Positions 9,869 to 20,670 of a stretch of 64,000 nt of DNA are shown here, piece after piece (position 1 is the first letter of the stretch; every line of letters starts with the position of its first letter). Made by a program: the position numbers and the translations under genes. The stretch lies in NCBI GenBank assembly GCA_965279515.1, contig CBDIID010000003.1:1600001-1664000 (forward strand). Direction: 5' to 3'. The notes under the pieces are model-generated. The model searched no databases, was not told the origin of the DNA, and was given only the letters and a program-made list of their open reading frames with translations. Origin of the DNA: Turneriella sp. (GTDB lineage: Bacteria > Spirochaetota > Leptospiria > Turneriellales > Turneriellaceae).

Positions 9869-11227
9869 TCAAACGAGCTCAACCTCCTGCAGATACTCCG
9901 GAACGCTTGCATTCCATTTTAATTCCTGATGAATTCTTTCCGCAAGTGCCCGCGCCGATTCCGGTTCGCCATGCGTGACAAAAGTCATGCGCGGTGGTTT
10001 TTTGCAGAGCGAAAGCCAGGCAAGAATCTCAGGCGCATCGGCATGAGCGGACAGGCTATGGATCATTTCGACCCGCGCCCGTATCGGCACTTCTTCGCCG
10101 TGGATGCGAAGGGTTTTAGCGCCCTGCAGCAGAGCTGCCCCGCGCGTGCCGGCTGCCTGAAAACCGGTAAAAAGAATGATATTATTTTCATGCGGCCCGA
10201 ATGCCGCCAGGTGATGGAGAATGCGCCCACCCGTCGCCATACCATTCGCCGAGATAATCACCATGGGCCCTGCCGTCTGGTTGAGACGTTTCGATTCCTC
10301 CGGAGTCCTGATATAGATGGCTGCCTCACAGAGCTCCGCGCACGCCGCGGCGCCAAGACGGTGATCACCCTGGTGATCGCGGAATATTTCCGTGGCGTTG
10401 ATCGACATCGGGCTGTTCAGGAAAACAGGAATTTCAGGAATACGGTTTTCACGCCGCAGTTTGGCGAAATAATAAAGCAGCAACTGCGTGCGTCCCACCG
10501 AGAATGCCGGCACAAGTACAACAGCTTTTTTGTTCGCAGCCTCGGTGATGATATCGGCTAAGGTATCTTCGGCGGGCTTGTGATCGTGTATGCGGTTTCC
10601 GTAGGTTGACTCGACGATAAGATAATCCGTTTCTGCAACCGCATCCGGCGGAAAAAACAAGGGATCATTGGGTCGCCCCAAATCACCTGTAAACGTCACA
10701 GTCTTATTTCCGGCCGTCAGGCGCACGAGGGCCGAGCCCAGAATATGTCCCGAATTTTCAAACCGGCAGGAGATATTCCCGGGCAGCGTGAAATCCTCAC
10801 GATACTTTTTCGCGGTAAATTTCCCGAGCGAAATCAGCGCGTCATCCTGCGTATAGAGCGGTAATGCCGGGTGGTGTTTCGAAAATCCGCGCTTGTTGGC
10901 AAAGCGCGCTTCTTCTTCCTGCAGCCAGCCGCTGTCGGGTAAAAGGATTTCGCATTGCGCCCGGGTGCCCGGTGTGCAATAGATTTTTCCCTTAAAACCA
11001 TTCTTCACAAGCAACGGCAGATATCCCGAATGGTCGATGTGCGCATGCGTGAGCACGACGGCGGCAATCGAGGCGGGCCTCACCGGCAGCGGATCCCAGT
11101 TTCTGAGCCGTAACTCCTTGAGTCCCTGGTAGAGACCGCAGTCGACGAGAATGTGCGTCTCGCCCTCTGTCACCAGGTATTTTGAACCGGTTACCGTACC
11201 GGTTCCCCCTAAGAATTGAATTTTCAA
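9869..11227 (-). CDS. MBL-fold metallo-hydrolase, beta-CASP ribonuclease family
   Basis: LTHAHIDHSG, GHILGS, ESTYG, AFSVGRTQ, SAHAD, VTHGE. Confidence 0.93.
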   Translation of the reverse strand: MKIQFLGGTGTVTGSKYLVTEGETHILVDCGLYQGLKELRLRNWDPLPVRPASIAAVVLTHAHIDHSGYLPLLVKNGFKGKIYCTPGTRAQCEILLPDSGWLQEEEARFANKRGFSKHHPALPLYTQDDALISLGKFTAKKYREDFTLPGNISCRFENSGHILGSALVRLTAGNKTVTFTGDLGRPNDPLFFPPDAVAETDYLIVESTYGNRIHDHKPAEDTLADIITEAANKKAVVLVPAFSVGRTQLLLYYFAKLRRENRIPEIPVFLNSPMSINATEIFRDHQGDHRLGAAACAELCEAAIYIRTPEESKRLNQTAGPMVIISANGMATGGRILHHLAAFGPHENNIILFTGFQAAGTRGAALLQGAKTLRIHGEEVPIRARVEMIHSLSAHADAPEILAWLSLCKKPPRMTFVTHGEPESARALAERIHQELKWNASVPEYLQEVELV

Positions 11228-12531
11228 TCGTTCACCTTCGCTGCCACCGTACCCTTCGGATACTTGTACCAGCCAGGATCGGCATAACCCTTGAGTTTGT
11301 CACGCACCTTGAGCACGGTAAACATTCCCCCCATCTCAATCGGCCCGAACGGCCCCTGCCCCGTCATCATCGGCAGCGTATTTTTCGGACGGCTCATCTC
11401 CATCTCAGCCATTTCACCCATGCCTTCATTGCCCATCTCCATGTAATCCGGCAATTGTTTGCGCACTTTCTTTTCATGCGCTTTGTCGCGTTTAACCCCG
11501 ATCATGTTAGGAATATCATGCGCCATCGCATTCATCGTGTGGTGCGACTTATGGCAGTGGAATGCCCAGTCGCCGGGGTTATCGGCGATGAATTCGATGT
11601 CGCGGGTCGCGCCCACAGGCACATTCACCGTAATCTCAGGCACCCATGCGGTTTCCTGGATTGGCCCGCCATCGGTACCCGTAACGTGAAAATAATGCCC
11701 ATGCAGATGTATCGGATGCGAATCCATGCTGAGATTGGCGAGCCGAATGCGCACGCGGTCGCCGGTTTTTACGACGAGATGGTCGGTGCCCGGAAAAGCA
11801 CGATGGTTAAACGTGAAGATGTTGAAATCCGTCATCACCAGTGGATTCGGCCGTGACGTACCGGGCTCAATCCGCCATTCCTGCAGCATGATCGCAAAGT
11901 CGCGGTCGATCTTGCGCTGCGCTTTTTTCGGATGGATAATAAAGAACCCCATCATGCCGAGTGCCATCTGCACCATCTCGTCAGAATGCGGATGGTACAT
12001 CAGCGTCGCCGGCTTTTGCCGTATCTGAAACTCGTACTTAAACGTCTCACCCGGCATAATGTGTTTCTGGTTCAGTCCCGCGACGCCGTCCATGCCCGCC
12101 GGCAACAGCACGCCGTGCCAATGGATGGAAGTTTTTTCCGGTAGTTTGTTCGTGACATAGATGCGCACTTTGTCGCCCTCCGTCACTTCGAGCGTCGGTC
12201 CCGGCGCTGAGCCGTTATAACCCCAGCAGTCGACGAGCATGCCGGGCGCAAACTCACGCTTCACAGGTTCGGCGGTCAGGCGAAAGGTTTTGAAGCCATT
12301 CTCGATCGTGTAGCCGAGCGACGGCACATTCGGCGTGATGACGCGGTGGGATGTACTCAGGCCTGAAACGATTTCATCGTCTGCACGGCCTTTTTCCTTT
12401 GGTCGCTCTGCTTTTTTAGCGCCATGATTTTCATGATCCTGCGCGCCCAGCATGCGGCCCGCCGCAAGGGTGGCCAACAGCGCCGCCGCCGATTTTTTTA
12501 GAAAATTTGTACGTGATATTGTGTTTTCCAT
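11224..12531 (-). CDS. Multicopper oxidase (two-cupredoxin-domain copper oxidase)
   Basis: HWHG, YHPH, HPIHLHGH, HCHKSHH. Met-rich C-terminus and Tat-like N-terminus. Confidence 0.92.
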   Translation of the reverse strand: MENTISRTNFLKKSAAALLATLAAGRMLGAQDHENHGAKKAERPKEKGRADDEIVSGLSTSHRVITPNVPSLGYTIENGFKTFRLTAEPVKREFAPGMLVDCWGYNGSAPGPTLEVTEGDKVRIYVTNKLPEKTSIHWHGVLLPAGMDGVAGLNQKHIMPGETFKYEFQIRQKPATLMYHPHSDEMVQMALGMMGFFIIHPKKAQRKIDRDFAIMLQEWRIEPGTSRPNPLVMTDFNIFTFNHRAFPGTDHLVVKTGDRVRIRLANLSMDSHPIHLHGHYFHVTGTDGGPIQETAWVPEITVNVPVGATRDIEFIADNPGDWAFHCHKSHHTMNAMAHDIPNMIGVKRDKAHEKKVRKQLPDYMEMGNEGMGEMAEMEMSRPKNTLPMMTGQGPFGPIEMGGMFTVLKVRDKLKGYADPGWYKYPKGTVAAKVND

Positions 12532-12537
12532 ATTTCC

Positions 12538-13905
12538 TCACTGTAGGGCGGCGAGATTCATGCCGGTCGCCTTGCCGAGCTCGGCGCGCGCGGTAAAATA
12601 GTCGCGGTGTGCGTCGAGATATTCTTTTTCGGCCCTGAGTTCATTCTGCCGCGCGGTCAGCAGGTGAAAAATACCGGCGAGCATCGCATTATATTGTACC
12701 TGCATGAGCTGCGTGGCGCGCGCGCGCTGCGGCAGAACCTGTTTGTGGTAGAAGGCGACGCGTTGCCGCGCGGCGATCATCTTGTCGCGTGCGACGCGCA
12801 CGTCGGCGCGTACCTGAACCGCCAGGTTTTCGAGTTCACGCAGCCGCATGCGGTAGAGGTTGACGATCCTTTCAATGCGCGCGTCGCCCTGATCGAACAA
12901 CGGCACTTCGTACTGGATATGCGGCCCGATTTTGTAGGCATCTTCTTCGAAAGCCGCGTCGACGCCGAAATCGAGCTGCGGCACCCAACGCACGCCCGTC
13001 ACGGCCTTCAATTGGGCCCGGTAAAAATCGAGGCCCGCCATCAGCGCCTTGATATCAGAACGGTTTTCGAGCGCTTTATTCTCGAGACCGGCAAAAGCGT
13101 TTTCACCGGCGGGAATCGCCGGCACCGTTTCCGGTATTTTCCAGCGCAGGTCAGCGCCCCACAGTCCCATGAGCCGGTTGAGGTTCTCGCGCAACAGGCG
13201 CACATCGATCTCAGCCTGCTGCAGCGCCAGGCGAATCTCTGAGAATGCCGCCTCTTCAGTGGCCAGCTCAAGTTCGCTGATATTTCCCGCGCTGTGCAGG
13301 CGGCGGTGCATGGTGATCGACTCTTCGGCGGTTTCAAAATTCAAGGACTCGATACGAAACTTGTGCAGCCCGGTCTGCAAAGCGACATAGCTTATGCGCG
13401 TGGCCAGCGCGAGGTTCTGTATCGCCTGCGCGGCGCCGTGCTGCGCTTCGAGTGCCTCGGCTTCGGCCATACGCGTGCGCGCCGCCCTCAGGAAAAAATC
13501 GAGCAGATTGAGGTCTATCCCACTTTCAACCGTCGGCGTGCCCGACTGCAGGGAAAAGCGCGGCGAAACAACAATCGTCGGATTTTTCAGCAGCCCCGCC
13601 TGCCAGACGTCAGCCACGGCTGCACCGAGACGGTCAAACTGCGCCTGCAGTTCGGGGTTGTTGAGTAGCGCGATTTTGACCGTATCATCGACGCTGAGTG
13701 GGTGGCTGAGCGTCTGCTGAACGACTTTGCGGATTTCTGCATCGGCCTGGTCATTGGCCCGCCAGCGCACGCCGGTACCGAGACGTTCCTGCGCCAGCGC
13801 ATCGAGCTTTGCCATATCGTCGCGTTTAGGCGCCGAACTGCATGCCCCTGTAAGCAGCAGCGACAGGGCGGCGCTGGCGATAACCACCCGTTCAGTGGTG
13901 CTCAT
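12538..13905 (-). CDS. TolC-family outer membrane lipoprotein
   Basis: Lipobox LTGAC, ALLNNPELQA, PLFDQG, repeated OEP helices. Confidence 0.88.
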   Translation of the reverse strand: MSTTERVVIASAALSLLLTGACSSAPKRDDMAKLDALAQERLGTGVRWRANDQADAEIRKVVQQTLSHPLSVDDTVKIALLNNPELQAQFDRLGAAVADVWQAGLLKNPTIVVSPRFSLQSGTPTVESGIDLNLLDFFLRAARTRMAEAEALEAQHGAAQAIQNLALATRISYVALQTGLHKFRIESLNFETAEESITMHRRLHSAGNISELELATEEAAFSEIRLALQQAEIDVRLLRENLNRLMGLWGADLRWKIPETVPAIPAGENAFAGLENKALENRSDIKALMAGLDFYRAQLKAVTGVRWVPQLDFGVDAAFEEDAYKIGPHIQYEVPLFDQGDARIERIVNLYRMRLRELENLAVQVRADVRVARDKMIAARQRVAFYHKQVLPQRARATQLMQVQYNAMLAGIFHLLTARQNELRAEKEYLDAHRDYFTARAELGKATGMNLAALQ

Positions 13906-14236
13906 GGTTACCGCCGGTTTTTTCCCGCAATTGTAATTTCATGCCGCACTGGGGACATTTGCCCGGTTTGTCGCTCTGCACTTCGCTGTGCATCGGGCAC
14001 ACGTAAGGAAGCTCCGTGGCAGAACCATGGTCGTGTTTATCTGTCACGGCCGTGCTTTGGTTTTTTGTTTCGGCGATCTCCAGTACTTCTGAAGTGTAGT
14101 GTGGTTCTTCAGCCGAAGCCAAAAGAACGGGCGAGCTGTCAGCAGCGGGCAAATGCGCGGCTGAGGCGCACGAAGACAGACCGGGCAGAACCACGGCGGC
14201 CACCGCAACACAGGAAAAAAATTTCAATAATTTCAT
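13892..14236 (-). CDS. Heavy-metal-binding-domain lipoprotein
   Basis: YVCPMHSEVQSDKPGKCPQCGMKL motif and lipobox LSSC. Confidence 0.85.
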   Translation of the reverse strand: MKLLKFFSCVAVAAVVLPGLSSCASAAHLPAADSSPVLLASAEEPHYTSEVLEIAETKNQSTAVTDKHDHGSATELPYVCPMHSEVQSDKPGKCPQCGMKLQLREKTGGNHEHH

Positions 14237-14285
14237 AGATCCTCCTATAAGTTAAAAAAGCCTGGGGCCTGAACTTAGGGGATTT

Positions 14286-14669
14286 CTAGATGAGAATGCG
14301 GTGGAGGGTAATCGTAATCTGCGGATCGGGAACGCTCTGGGCAGCTCTGGCCAAATCGTGTTTTAAAACTACATGCCCAACAGCATGTGGAACCGCTAAC
14401 AGACATGGCGCCGTGAATACCGATTGTTTCAGGGCGGCGGTAGTTTTCGCCGTACCCATGGGCAAAGCGCTGCGTTCGAGGCAATGGGTGCACGGCAATG
14501 CGGCACTGGGGGTAAAAGTGATTTTTTTCTGAAAACCCGGACAGCAGCTATGGCCAGCCGCCGTGCTAAGAGAAGTCCTCTTACATACGGTATGCGCAGA
14601 GAGCGCACCCTGCAAGCCCGCAATCAAACCAGCGGCAAACACGAAGATTTTGATGCTTTTTTTGGTCAT
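14286..14669 (-). CDS. Exported Cys/His-containing hypothetical protein at head of the copper operon
   Basis: Signal peptide, HSCC, CTHC, C-terminal LHRILI. This is a typical position for a small metal-operon leader gene. Confidence 0.55.
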   Translation of the reverse strand: MTKKSIKIFVFAAGLIAGLQGALSAHTVCKRTSLSTAAGHSCCPGFQKKITFTPSAALPCTHCLERSALPMGTAKTTAALKQSVFTAPCLLAVPHAVGHVVLKHDLARAAQSVPDPQITITLHRILI

Positions 14670-14781
14670 ACCTGGTGAATAGACTGCGGCTACCCTGTTA
14701 TATTACACCGGGTGCGAAAAAAAGGCGATTTTTTGGACCCACAACGGTTTGACCGCGGCGGCCATACGGTGAGCATGGACG

Positions 14782-15555
14782 ATGGCCAAAGCAGCACAGC
14801 GCAGGGTTTTGATGCCTTTGCCCGCATATGATTTTGACCCGACAGAGGCTGCCATCACCTGGCAAGTGCTGACGTCAAAGGGTGTCGAGGTCCATTTTGC
14901 GACGCCCGACGGCAAACCCGCAAACGCCGACCCGCGCATGCTCTATGGCACGGGACTCTCCGTTTTCAAAAGAATTCTGATGGCCCGGCAGGACGCCGTC
15001 GATGCCTGCCTCGCGATGTATGAGAATGCGCATTTCAGGAAACCCATTGCCTATAAAAAAGTTAAGGATGCCGGTTTTGACGGACTGGTTCTGCCGGGAG
15101 GCCATGCACCCGGCATGCGCGTCTATCTCGAATCGCTGGCGCTGCAAAATCTCACCACCGCATTTTTTGCGAAAAAGAAACCCGTCGGCGCGATCTGCCA
15201 CGGCGCAGTGCTTGCAGCGCGTTCAAAACGCAAAGACGGTAAGTCGGTGCTATTCGGCAAAAAAACCACGGCGCTGCTGAAAAAACAAGAGCTGGCCGCG
15301 TATAACCTGACGCGCGTATGGCTGGGTACATATTACCGCACGTACCCTGAGACTACAGTGCAAGACGAAGTGACTGCGGCGCTGGCCTCGCAGCAGGATT
15401 TCCTCAGCGGCCCCACGCCCGGCCTTACCCGTGATGCACCTGATAAAATGAAGCGCGGGTTCACTGTCACCGATGGCAACTATATCTCGGCGCGCTGGCC
15501 GGGCGATGCCTACAATTTCGCGAACGGTTTTCTGAAGCTCATTCATAAGTCTTAA
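14782..15555 (+). CDS. DJ-1/PfpI family (type 1 glutamine amidotransferase-like) protein
   Basis: DFDPTE, LVLPGGH, GAICHG, SARWPGD. Confidence 0.9.
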   Translation: MAKAAQRRVLMPLPAYDFDPTEAAITWQVLTSKGVEVHFATPDGKPANADPRMLYGTGLSVFKRILMARQDAVDACLAMYENAHFRKPIAYKKVKDAGFDGLVLPGGHAPGMRVYLESLALQNLTTAFFAKKKPVGAICHGAVLAARSKRKDGKSVLFGKKTTALLKKQELAAYNLTRVWLGTYYRTYPETTVQDEVTAALASQQDFLSGPTPGLTRDAPDKMKRGFTVTDGNYISARWPGDAYNFANGFLKLIHKS

Positions 15556-15685
15556 CCACTAAGCCTTTGGGCTGATAAGCCTAAAACCGCCGCTTTGGCA
15601 TTTAAGGTTGACCGGTGGAGCCCTTGGTACCCTGATAAGCCGCCATCGCTTGGCGCAGTTGATTTTTGAGTACACCGGAGAACAT

Positions 15686-17545
15686 TTGAATAAAGAATTT
15701 TTGAGGTTACTTTCCGCAGAAATTCCTGATGCAGTCATCCTCCTCTCCCCTGATGGCAAGATCATCCAATGGAATAACGCGGCTGAATCTATTTTTGGTT
15801 ATTCCGAATCTGAGGCAGAGGGCGTCATCCTGAGCGACCTCGTAGTGCCCCCTGACAAGAGAGAAGAAGACCAGCGGATGACAAACGAAGCCGAACTCAC
15901 AGGGTTGTGCGTGGGTGAAGCCTTGAGACGGCGCAAAGACGGCTCTCTGGCCAACGTCAGTGTGTCCACGAAAGCCATACGCGATGCGACTGGAAAACTT
16001 TTATATTTTCTGACGACCAAAAAGGACGTTACACATCTCAAAGTATTGCGCGACGCCAAACTCGTTGAAACCCGCTACGGTGATCTGCTCGAATCTACAC
16101 CCGATGCGATCGTGATGGTCAATATCACGGGCCGGATTGTTCTGGTTAACTCGCAGGCCGAAGAGGTTTTCGGCTGGAACCGCGGCGAACTCATAGGCCA
16201 GCCGGTAGAGATGCTGCTGCCCCACCGGCTGCGTACTGAACACGTCGGCTACCGCGCGAATTTTTTCAGGCAGCCCCGCACGCGCACGATGGGTGCCGGT
16301 GTCGAGCTCTATGGGCTGAGAAAAAACGGGGAAGAGTTTTCCGTGGAAATCAGTCTCAGCCCGCTGCGGACCGAAGAAGGAACGATGGTAATGAGCGCGA
16401 TCCGCGACATTACCGCGCGGAAAAAGGCGGATCAGAAATTCCGTGATTTGCTCGAGTCGGCCCCCGACGCTATGGTCATCGTCGACCGCGAAGGCAAAAT
16501 TGTGCTCATTAATTCGCAAACTGAAAAGCTCTTCGGCTGGAAGCGCGCGGACCTTTTGGGGCAGGCTGTCGAAGTATTGGTCCCAAAACAGTTTCACACC
16601 GTGCATCCCGGCCACCGTAACGCTTTCTTCGCGCAACCGCGCGCGCGTTCGATGGGTGCGGGTCTGGAACTCAACGGGCTTCGCAAAGACGGGACCGAGT
16701 TTCCGGTGGAAATCAGTCTCAGCCCGCTGCAGACCGAAGACGGTATGCTTGTGTCGAGCGCGATACGTGATATTACCGACCGTAAGGTCTTTGAACAAAC
16801 CTTGCGCGAGGCGAACCGGCTGAAGAGCGAGTTTCTCGCAACTATGTCACACGAGCTGCGCACGCCTCTCAACGGCATCATCGGCTTCTCGCAATTTCTC
16901 GCAGATGAAAAGCCCGGCAAGCTGAACGAAAAACAAAAGGAATATCTCACTGATGTCCTAACCAGCGCGAAACACCTGCTGCACCTGATCAACGACGTGC
17001 TCGATCTCTCAAAAGTGGAGGCTGGAAAAATGGCGCTTTTCCCCGAGGAGATTTCACTCCGCGCAGCAGTTGCCGAGATTTGTACAACAATATTGCCATT
17101 AGCCGAAAAAAAAGGTATTGTCCTAAGAGCAGATATCTCTACTTCCCTCGATAGCGTATTTCTGGATCCCCAGAAACTCAAACAGGTATTTTATAACCTG
17201 TTATCGAATGCAGTGAAATTCACCAACGATGGCGGCAGCATCGGTATTATCGGTATACCCTGCGGACAAGACAGATTTCAAATTCAGGTGACGGATAACG
17301 GCATCGGTATCCTCAAAGAAGATTTCCCCCGCCTGTTCCGCGAGTTCGAACAGCTCGACAGCGGCGCGGCGAGAAGATTTGGCGGCACTGGTCTCGGCCT
17401 TGCACTGACGAAAAAGATCGTCGAATTTCAGGACGGCAGCATCAGCGTTGAGAGCGAACCCGGCAAGGGCAGCAAATTTACCGTAGAGTTACCCAGGAGA
17501 ATAAATAAAAGTCATGAAAAAAGCGGACATTCTGGTGGTAGATGA
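15686..17545 (+). CDS. Cytoplasmic PAS-PAS-PAS sensor histidine kinase
   Basis: Three PAS repeats, H-box MSHELRTPLN, N-box NLLSNAVKF, DNGIGI, GTGLGL. Probable TTG start at 15686 after GGAG. Confidence 0.93.
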   Translation: MNKEFLRLLSAEIPDAVILLSPDGKIIQWNNAAESIFGYSESEAEGVILSDLVVPPDKREEDQRMTNEAELTGLCVGEALRRRKDGSLANVSVSTKAIRDATGKLLYFLTTKKDVTHLKVLRDAKLVETRYGDLLESTPDAIVMVNITGRIVLVNSQAEEVFGWNRGELIGQPVEMLLPHRLRTEHVGYRANFFRQPRTRTMGAGVELYGLRKNGEEFSVEISLSPLRTEEGTMVMSAIRDITARKKADQKFRDLLESAPDAMVIVDREGKIVLINSQTEKLFGWKRADLLGQAVEVLVPKQFHTVHPGHRNAFFAQPRARSMGAGLELNGLRKDGTEFPVEISLSPLQTEDGMLVSSAIRDITDRKVFEQTLREANRLKSEFLATMSHELRTPLNGIIGFSQFLADEKPGKLNEKQKEYLTDVLTSAKHLLHLINDVLDLSKVEAGKMALFPEEISLRAAVAEICTTILPLAEKKGIVLRADISTSLDSVFLDPQKLKQVFYNLLSNAVKFTNDGGSIGIIGIPCGQDRFQIQVTDNGIGILKEDFPRLFREFEQLDSGAARRFGGTGLGLALTKKIVEFQDGSISVESEPGKGSKFTVELPRRINKSHEKSGHSGGR

Positions 17546-17894
17546 TAATGCGACGAACCTCAAGCTCGCGGGCGACCTGCTCGAGTTCGAGGGTTATACC
17601 GTGCTGCGCGCGCGCGACGCAACAGAAGTTCAGCAAATACTGGAAGGCGTTCAACCGGCGCTGATTCTCATGGATATCCAGATGCCAGGCATGGACGGCC
17701 TGACGCTGACGCGCCTCATCAAAAGTGATGCTGCAAACAGCTCAATCCGCATTGTGGCGATGACAGCTTTTGCGATGAAAGGAGACGAGGAAAAAGCCAT
17801 CGCCGCGGGTTGCGACGGCTACATTACCAAACCTATTGATACCCGGCAGTTTCCCGGTCAAGTTGCGGCCATTCTTGCGAGTGCGCGCGCATGA
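17514..17894 (+). CDS. Single-domain response regulator (DivK/CheY-like)
   Basis: VVDD, LMDIQMPGMDG, TAFAMKGD, YITKP. Confidence 0.93.
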   Translation: MKKADILVVDDNATNLKLAGDLLEFEGYTVLRARDATEVQQILEGVQPALILMDIQMPGMDGLTLTRLIKSDAANSSIRIVAMTAFAMKGDEEKAIAAGCDGYITKPIDTRQFPGQVAAILASARA

Positions 17895-20665
17895 AAATCC
17901 TCAGTGCCGATGACCAGCCCTTAAACCTCAAGCTCTTACGCATAACGCTGGAGGCTGAGGGGCACGTCGTACTCGATGCGGCTGACGGCGTCGAGGCAAT
18001 GGCGATTCTTCGCGACGAAAATATCGACGTCATCATTTCGGATATCCTGATGCCGCGGATGGACGGCTACCGGTTATGCGCTGAAGTGCGGCGCGACACC
18101 AGACTGCAGAAAATCCCTTTTATCTTCTATACCGCCACCTACAATTCACCGGCGGATGAAAAACTTTGCTACGATCTGGGTGCCGACAAATATCTGCAAA
18201 AACCCGCTGCTACGGAGATTATCCTCGAAACCCTCCGGGCTGTCACGGGAACTCCCCTGCGGCCTAATCCATCAAACCCGCTTCTATTCGATGAATCGCA
18301 GGTGATGAAGCAGTACAGCGAACAACTTGTGCTCAAACTGGAAAAGAAAAACCACGAACTACTGGCTGCGGTCGCCCAGCTTGAACAAGCCGAAGCAAAG
18401 TTTACCGACGCCTTTCATTGGAATCCGGCAAGCATGACGATAACCGATCTCCATAGCGGACGCCTGATCGAAGTCAATGAAAGATTTATAAGCATCTTCG
18501 AATTCACGCGCGAAGAAGTGATTGGCCGAATAGCCGCAGAGCTTAATATTATTCCAGCCAGCGAGTGGGATAAAATCGCGGTGCGGACAAAAGAGCAGGG
18601 ATATCTGCAGTACCAGACAATTGAAGCGAGAACGAAGACCGGAACTCAACGGTTTATACAGTTCTCCTCGACGATTATTGAGTTCGGCGGAGCCCCGTAC
18701 CTGCTCATGACTGCGCTCGACATTACCAACAGCACGATCGCCGAACAAAAGTTAAGATCCCGCGAAGTGGAACTGGAAGAAGCACAGAGAGTCGCCCAGA
18801 TCGGCAGCTGGGAGGCCGATGTCCTGGAAAACCATTCAGTCTGGTCTGACGAGCAATTCCGGTTACTGGGTCTTGAACCATCTCAAGGTAATTTCAGCTT
18901 TGAAGACTACCTTGAGATGGTGCATCCCGAAGACAGGGAAAAGCTCAGGGAAGCCGCGGGTAAAGCCGTGTCTGATGCGGGATCATTCACCCTCGACTAC
19001 CGGATCATCAGAAAAGACACTACTATGCGTTGGATGCACGGGCGCGGCGAGACCATTACCGACGGGACTGGTAAAGTCGTGCGCATGCGGGGTATAAACC
19101 AGGATATCACGGAACGAAAACGCTCCGCGGATTTGCTGCAGGAAAGCGAAGGGCGTTTTCGTCAGTTGGCCGAAAACATCCGTGAAATTTTTTACCTTAT
19201 CAATCCGGAAATCACGCAGATGTTCTACATCAGCCCCGCCTACGAGGAAATCTGGGGGCGCAGTTGTGAAAGTGTGTACGAAAATCCGCGTTCCTGGGCC
19301 GAAGCAATCCATCCAGACGACATAGAACGGGTATTTGCTGAAATTACCCCTCGGGGAATTTTGGTTCCCGGAAAATTTGAATTTCGGATCCTGCGCCCTA
19401 ACGGGGAGGTTCGTTTTATCCGGGCTCAGGCTTTCCCCATTTATAATGATGCCGGAGAAATTTACCGGTTCGCCGGGACAGCAGAAGACATTACCCAACA
19501 CAGACAGATTGAAGCACAACTGCGCCAGTCCCAAAAAATGGAAGCGATCGGCCAGCTCTCAGGCGGCGTAGCCCACGATTTTAATAATCTGCTGACAGTA
19601 ATTCTTGGACACGCCAATATTCTCGCCGAGCAAAATGTCAGCGGCGAAGCGGCAGAGTCCATAGCGGAAATCCGTCACGCCGGTGAGCGGGCGGCGAATC
19701 TCACACGGCAACTTCTGCTCTTTGCGCGTAAGCAGGCCATGCTGATGAAAAACCTCGATCTGAACTCGGCGGTCGCGCACACGATCAAGATGCTGACAAG
19801 AATTCTCGGCGAAGACATCCAGCTGGATTTCTGTCCGGCGCACGGGGAACTAACCGTGCAGGCGGACGCGGGCATGTTTGATCAGATACTCCTGAATCTT
19901 GCCGTCAATGCCCGCGATGCGATGCCCAAGGGTGGGCGGCTGATCATTGAAACAGCCCGGGTGGAATTCGACACGGAAACGGCCGCACAATCAGCGCAGA
20001 TCCGCGCCGGCACTTTCGCTGTCATTACGGTCTCTGACTCGGGTTCAGGTATTCCGGCCGACGTACTGCCAAAAATCTTCGACCCCTTTTTCACCACCAA
20101 AGATGTCGACAAGGGTACCGGACTCGGGCTTGCCACGGTCTTCGGGATTGTACAGCAACATTCGGGCTGGATCAACGTCTACAGCGAAGAAGGTTCTGGT
20201 TCCACATTCCGCATTTACCTGCCACTGATTCTTGAATCTTCGCTCCCGGCAGATACGAAGAAGGCCGCGCAGGAAATGAAAGGCGGAACTGAAACGATTC
20301 TCTTTGTGGAGGATGATGCGGCGATTCGCCGGATGGCCTCAAAATACCTGGGCCAGCTCGGTTATAGGGTAATTACGGCCGAAAATGGACCTGACGCTGT
20401 CAGAATTTTTACGGAGCGTGAGAAAGATATCCACCTGGTATTCAGCGATCTTGTCATGCCAGGGGGGCTGAGCGGCATAGAGCTTTCGCGTATTCTGCTG
20501 CAAAAAAAACCGGCGCTCAGCTTCATATTCTCGAGCGGTTACAGCAATATGTTACTTGCCGGAGAAACAAAACTAACCGAAGGCCTGAACTTTCTCGCCA
20601 AACCTTTTAGTCTGGCGAATGTCGCTAAAATTATTCGATTACAACTGGATATGAAAGAAACCTGA
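17891..20665 (+). CDS. Hybrid histidine kinase REC-PAS(x3)-HisKA-HATPase-REC
   Basis: N-terminal REC (SDILMP), PAS domains, [31 protein letters not shown]-terminal REC (SDLVMP). Confidence 0.93.
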   Translation: MKILSADDQPLNLKLLRITLEAEGHVVLDAADGVEAMAILRDENIDVIISDILMPRMDGYRLCAEVRRDTRLQKIPFIFYTATYNSPADEKLCYDLGADKYLQKPAATEIILETLRAVTGTPLRPNPSNPLLFDESQVMKQYSEQLVLKLEKKNHELLAAVAQLEQAEAKFTDAFHWNPASMTITDLHSGRLIEVNERFISIFEFTREEVIGRIAAELNIIPASEWDKIAVRTKEQGYLQYQTIEARTKTGTQRFIQFSSTIIEFGGAPYLLMTALDITNSTIAEQKLRSREVELEEAQRVAQIGSWEADVLENHSVWSDEQFRLLGLEPSQGNFSFEDYLEMVHPEDREKLREAAGKAVSDAGSFTLDYRIIRKDTTMRWMHGRGETITDGTGKVVRMRGINQDITERKRSADLLQESEGRFRQLAENIREIFYLINPEITQMFYISPAYEEIWGRSCESVYENPRSWAEAIHPDDIERVFAEITPRGILVPGKFEFRILRPNGEVRFIRAQAFPIYNDAGEIYRFAGTAEDITQHRQIEAQLRQSQKMEAIGQLSGGVAHDFNNLLTVILGHANILAEQNVSGEAAESIAEIRHAGERAANLTRQLLLFARKQAMLMKNLDLNSAVAHTIKMLTRILGEDIQLDFCPAHGELTVQADAGMFDQILLNLAVNARDAMPKGGRLIIETARVEFDTETAAQSAQIRAGTFAVITVSDSGSGIPADVLPKIFDPFFTTKDVDKGTGLGLATVFGIVQQHSGWINVYSEEGSGSTFRIYLPLILESSLPADTKKAAQEMKGGTETILFVEDDAAIRRMASKYLGQLGYRVITAENGPDAVRIFTEREKDIHLVFSDLVMPGGLSGIELSRILLQKKPALSFIFSSGYSNMLLAGETKLTEGLNFLAKPFSLANVAKIIRLQLDMKET

Positions 20666-20670
20666 TACCG

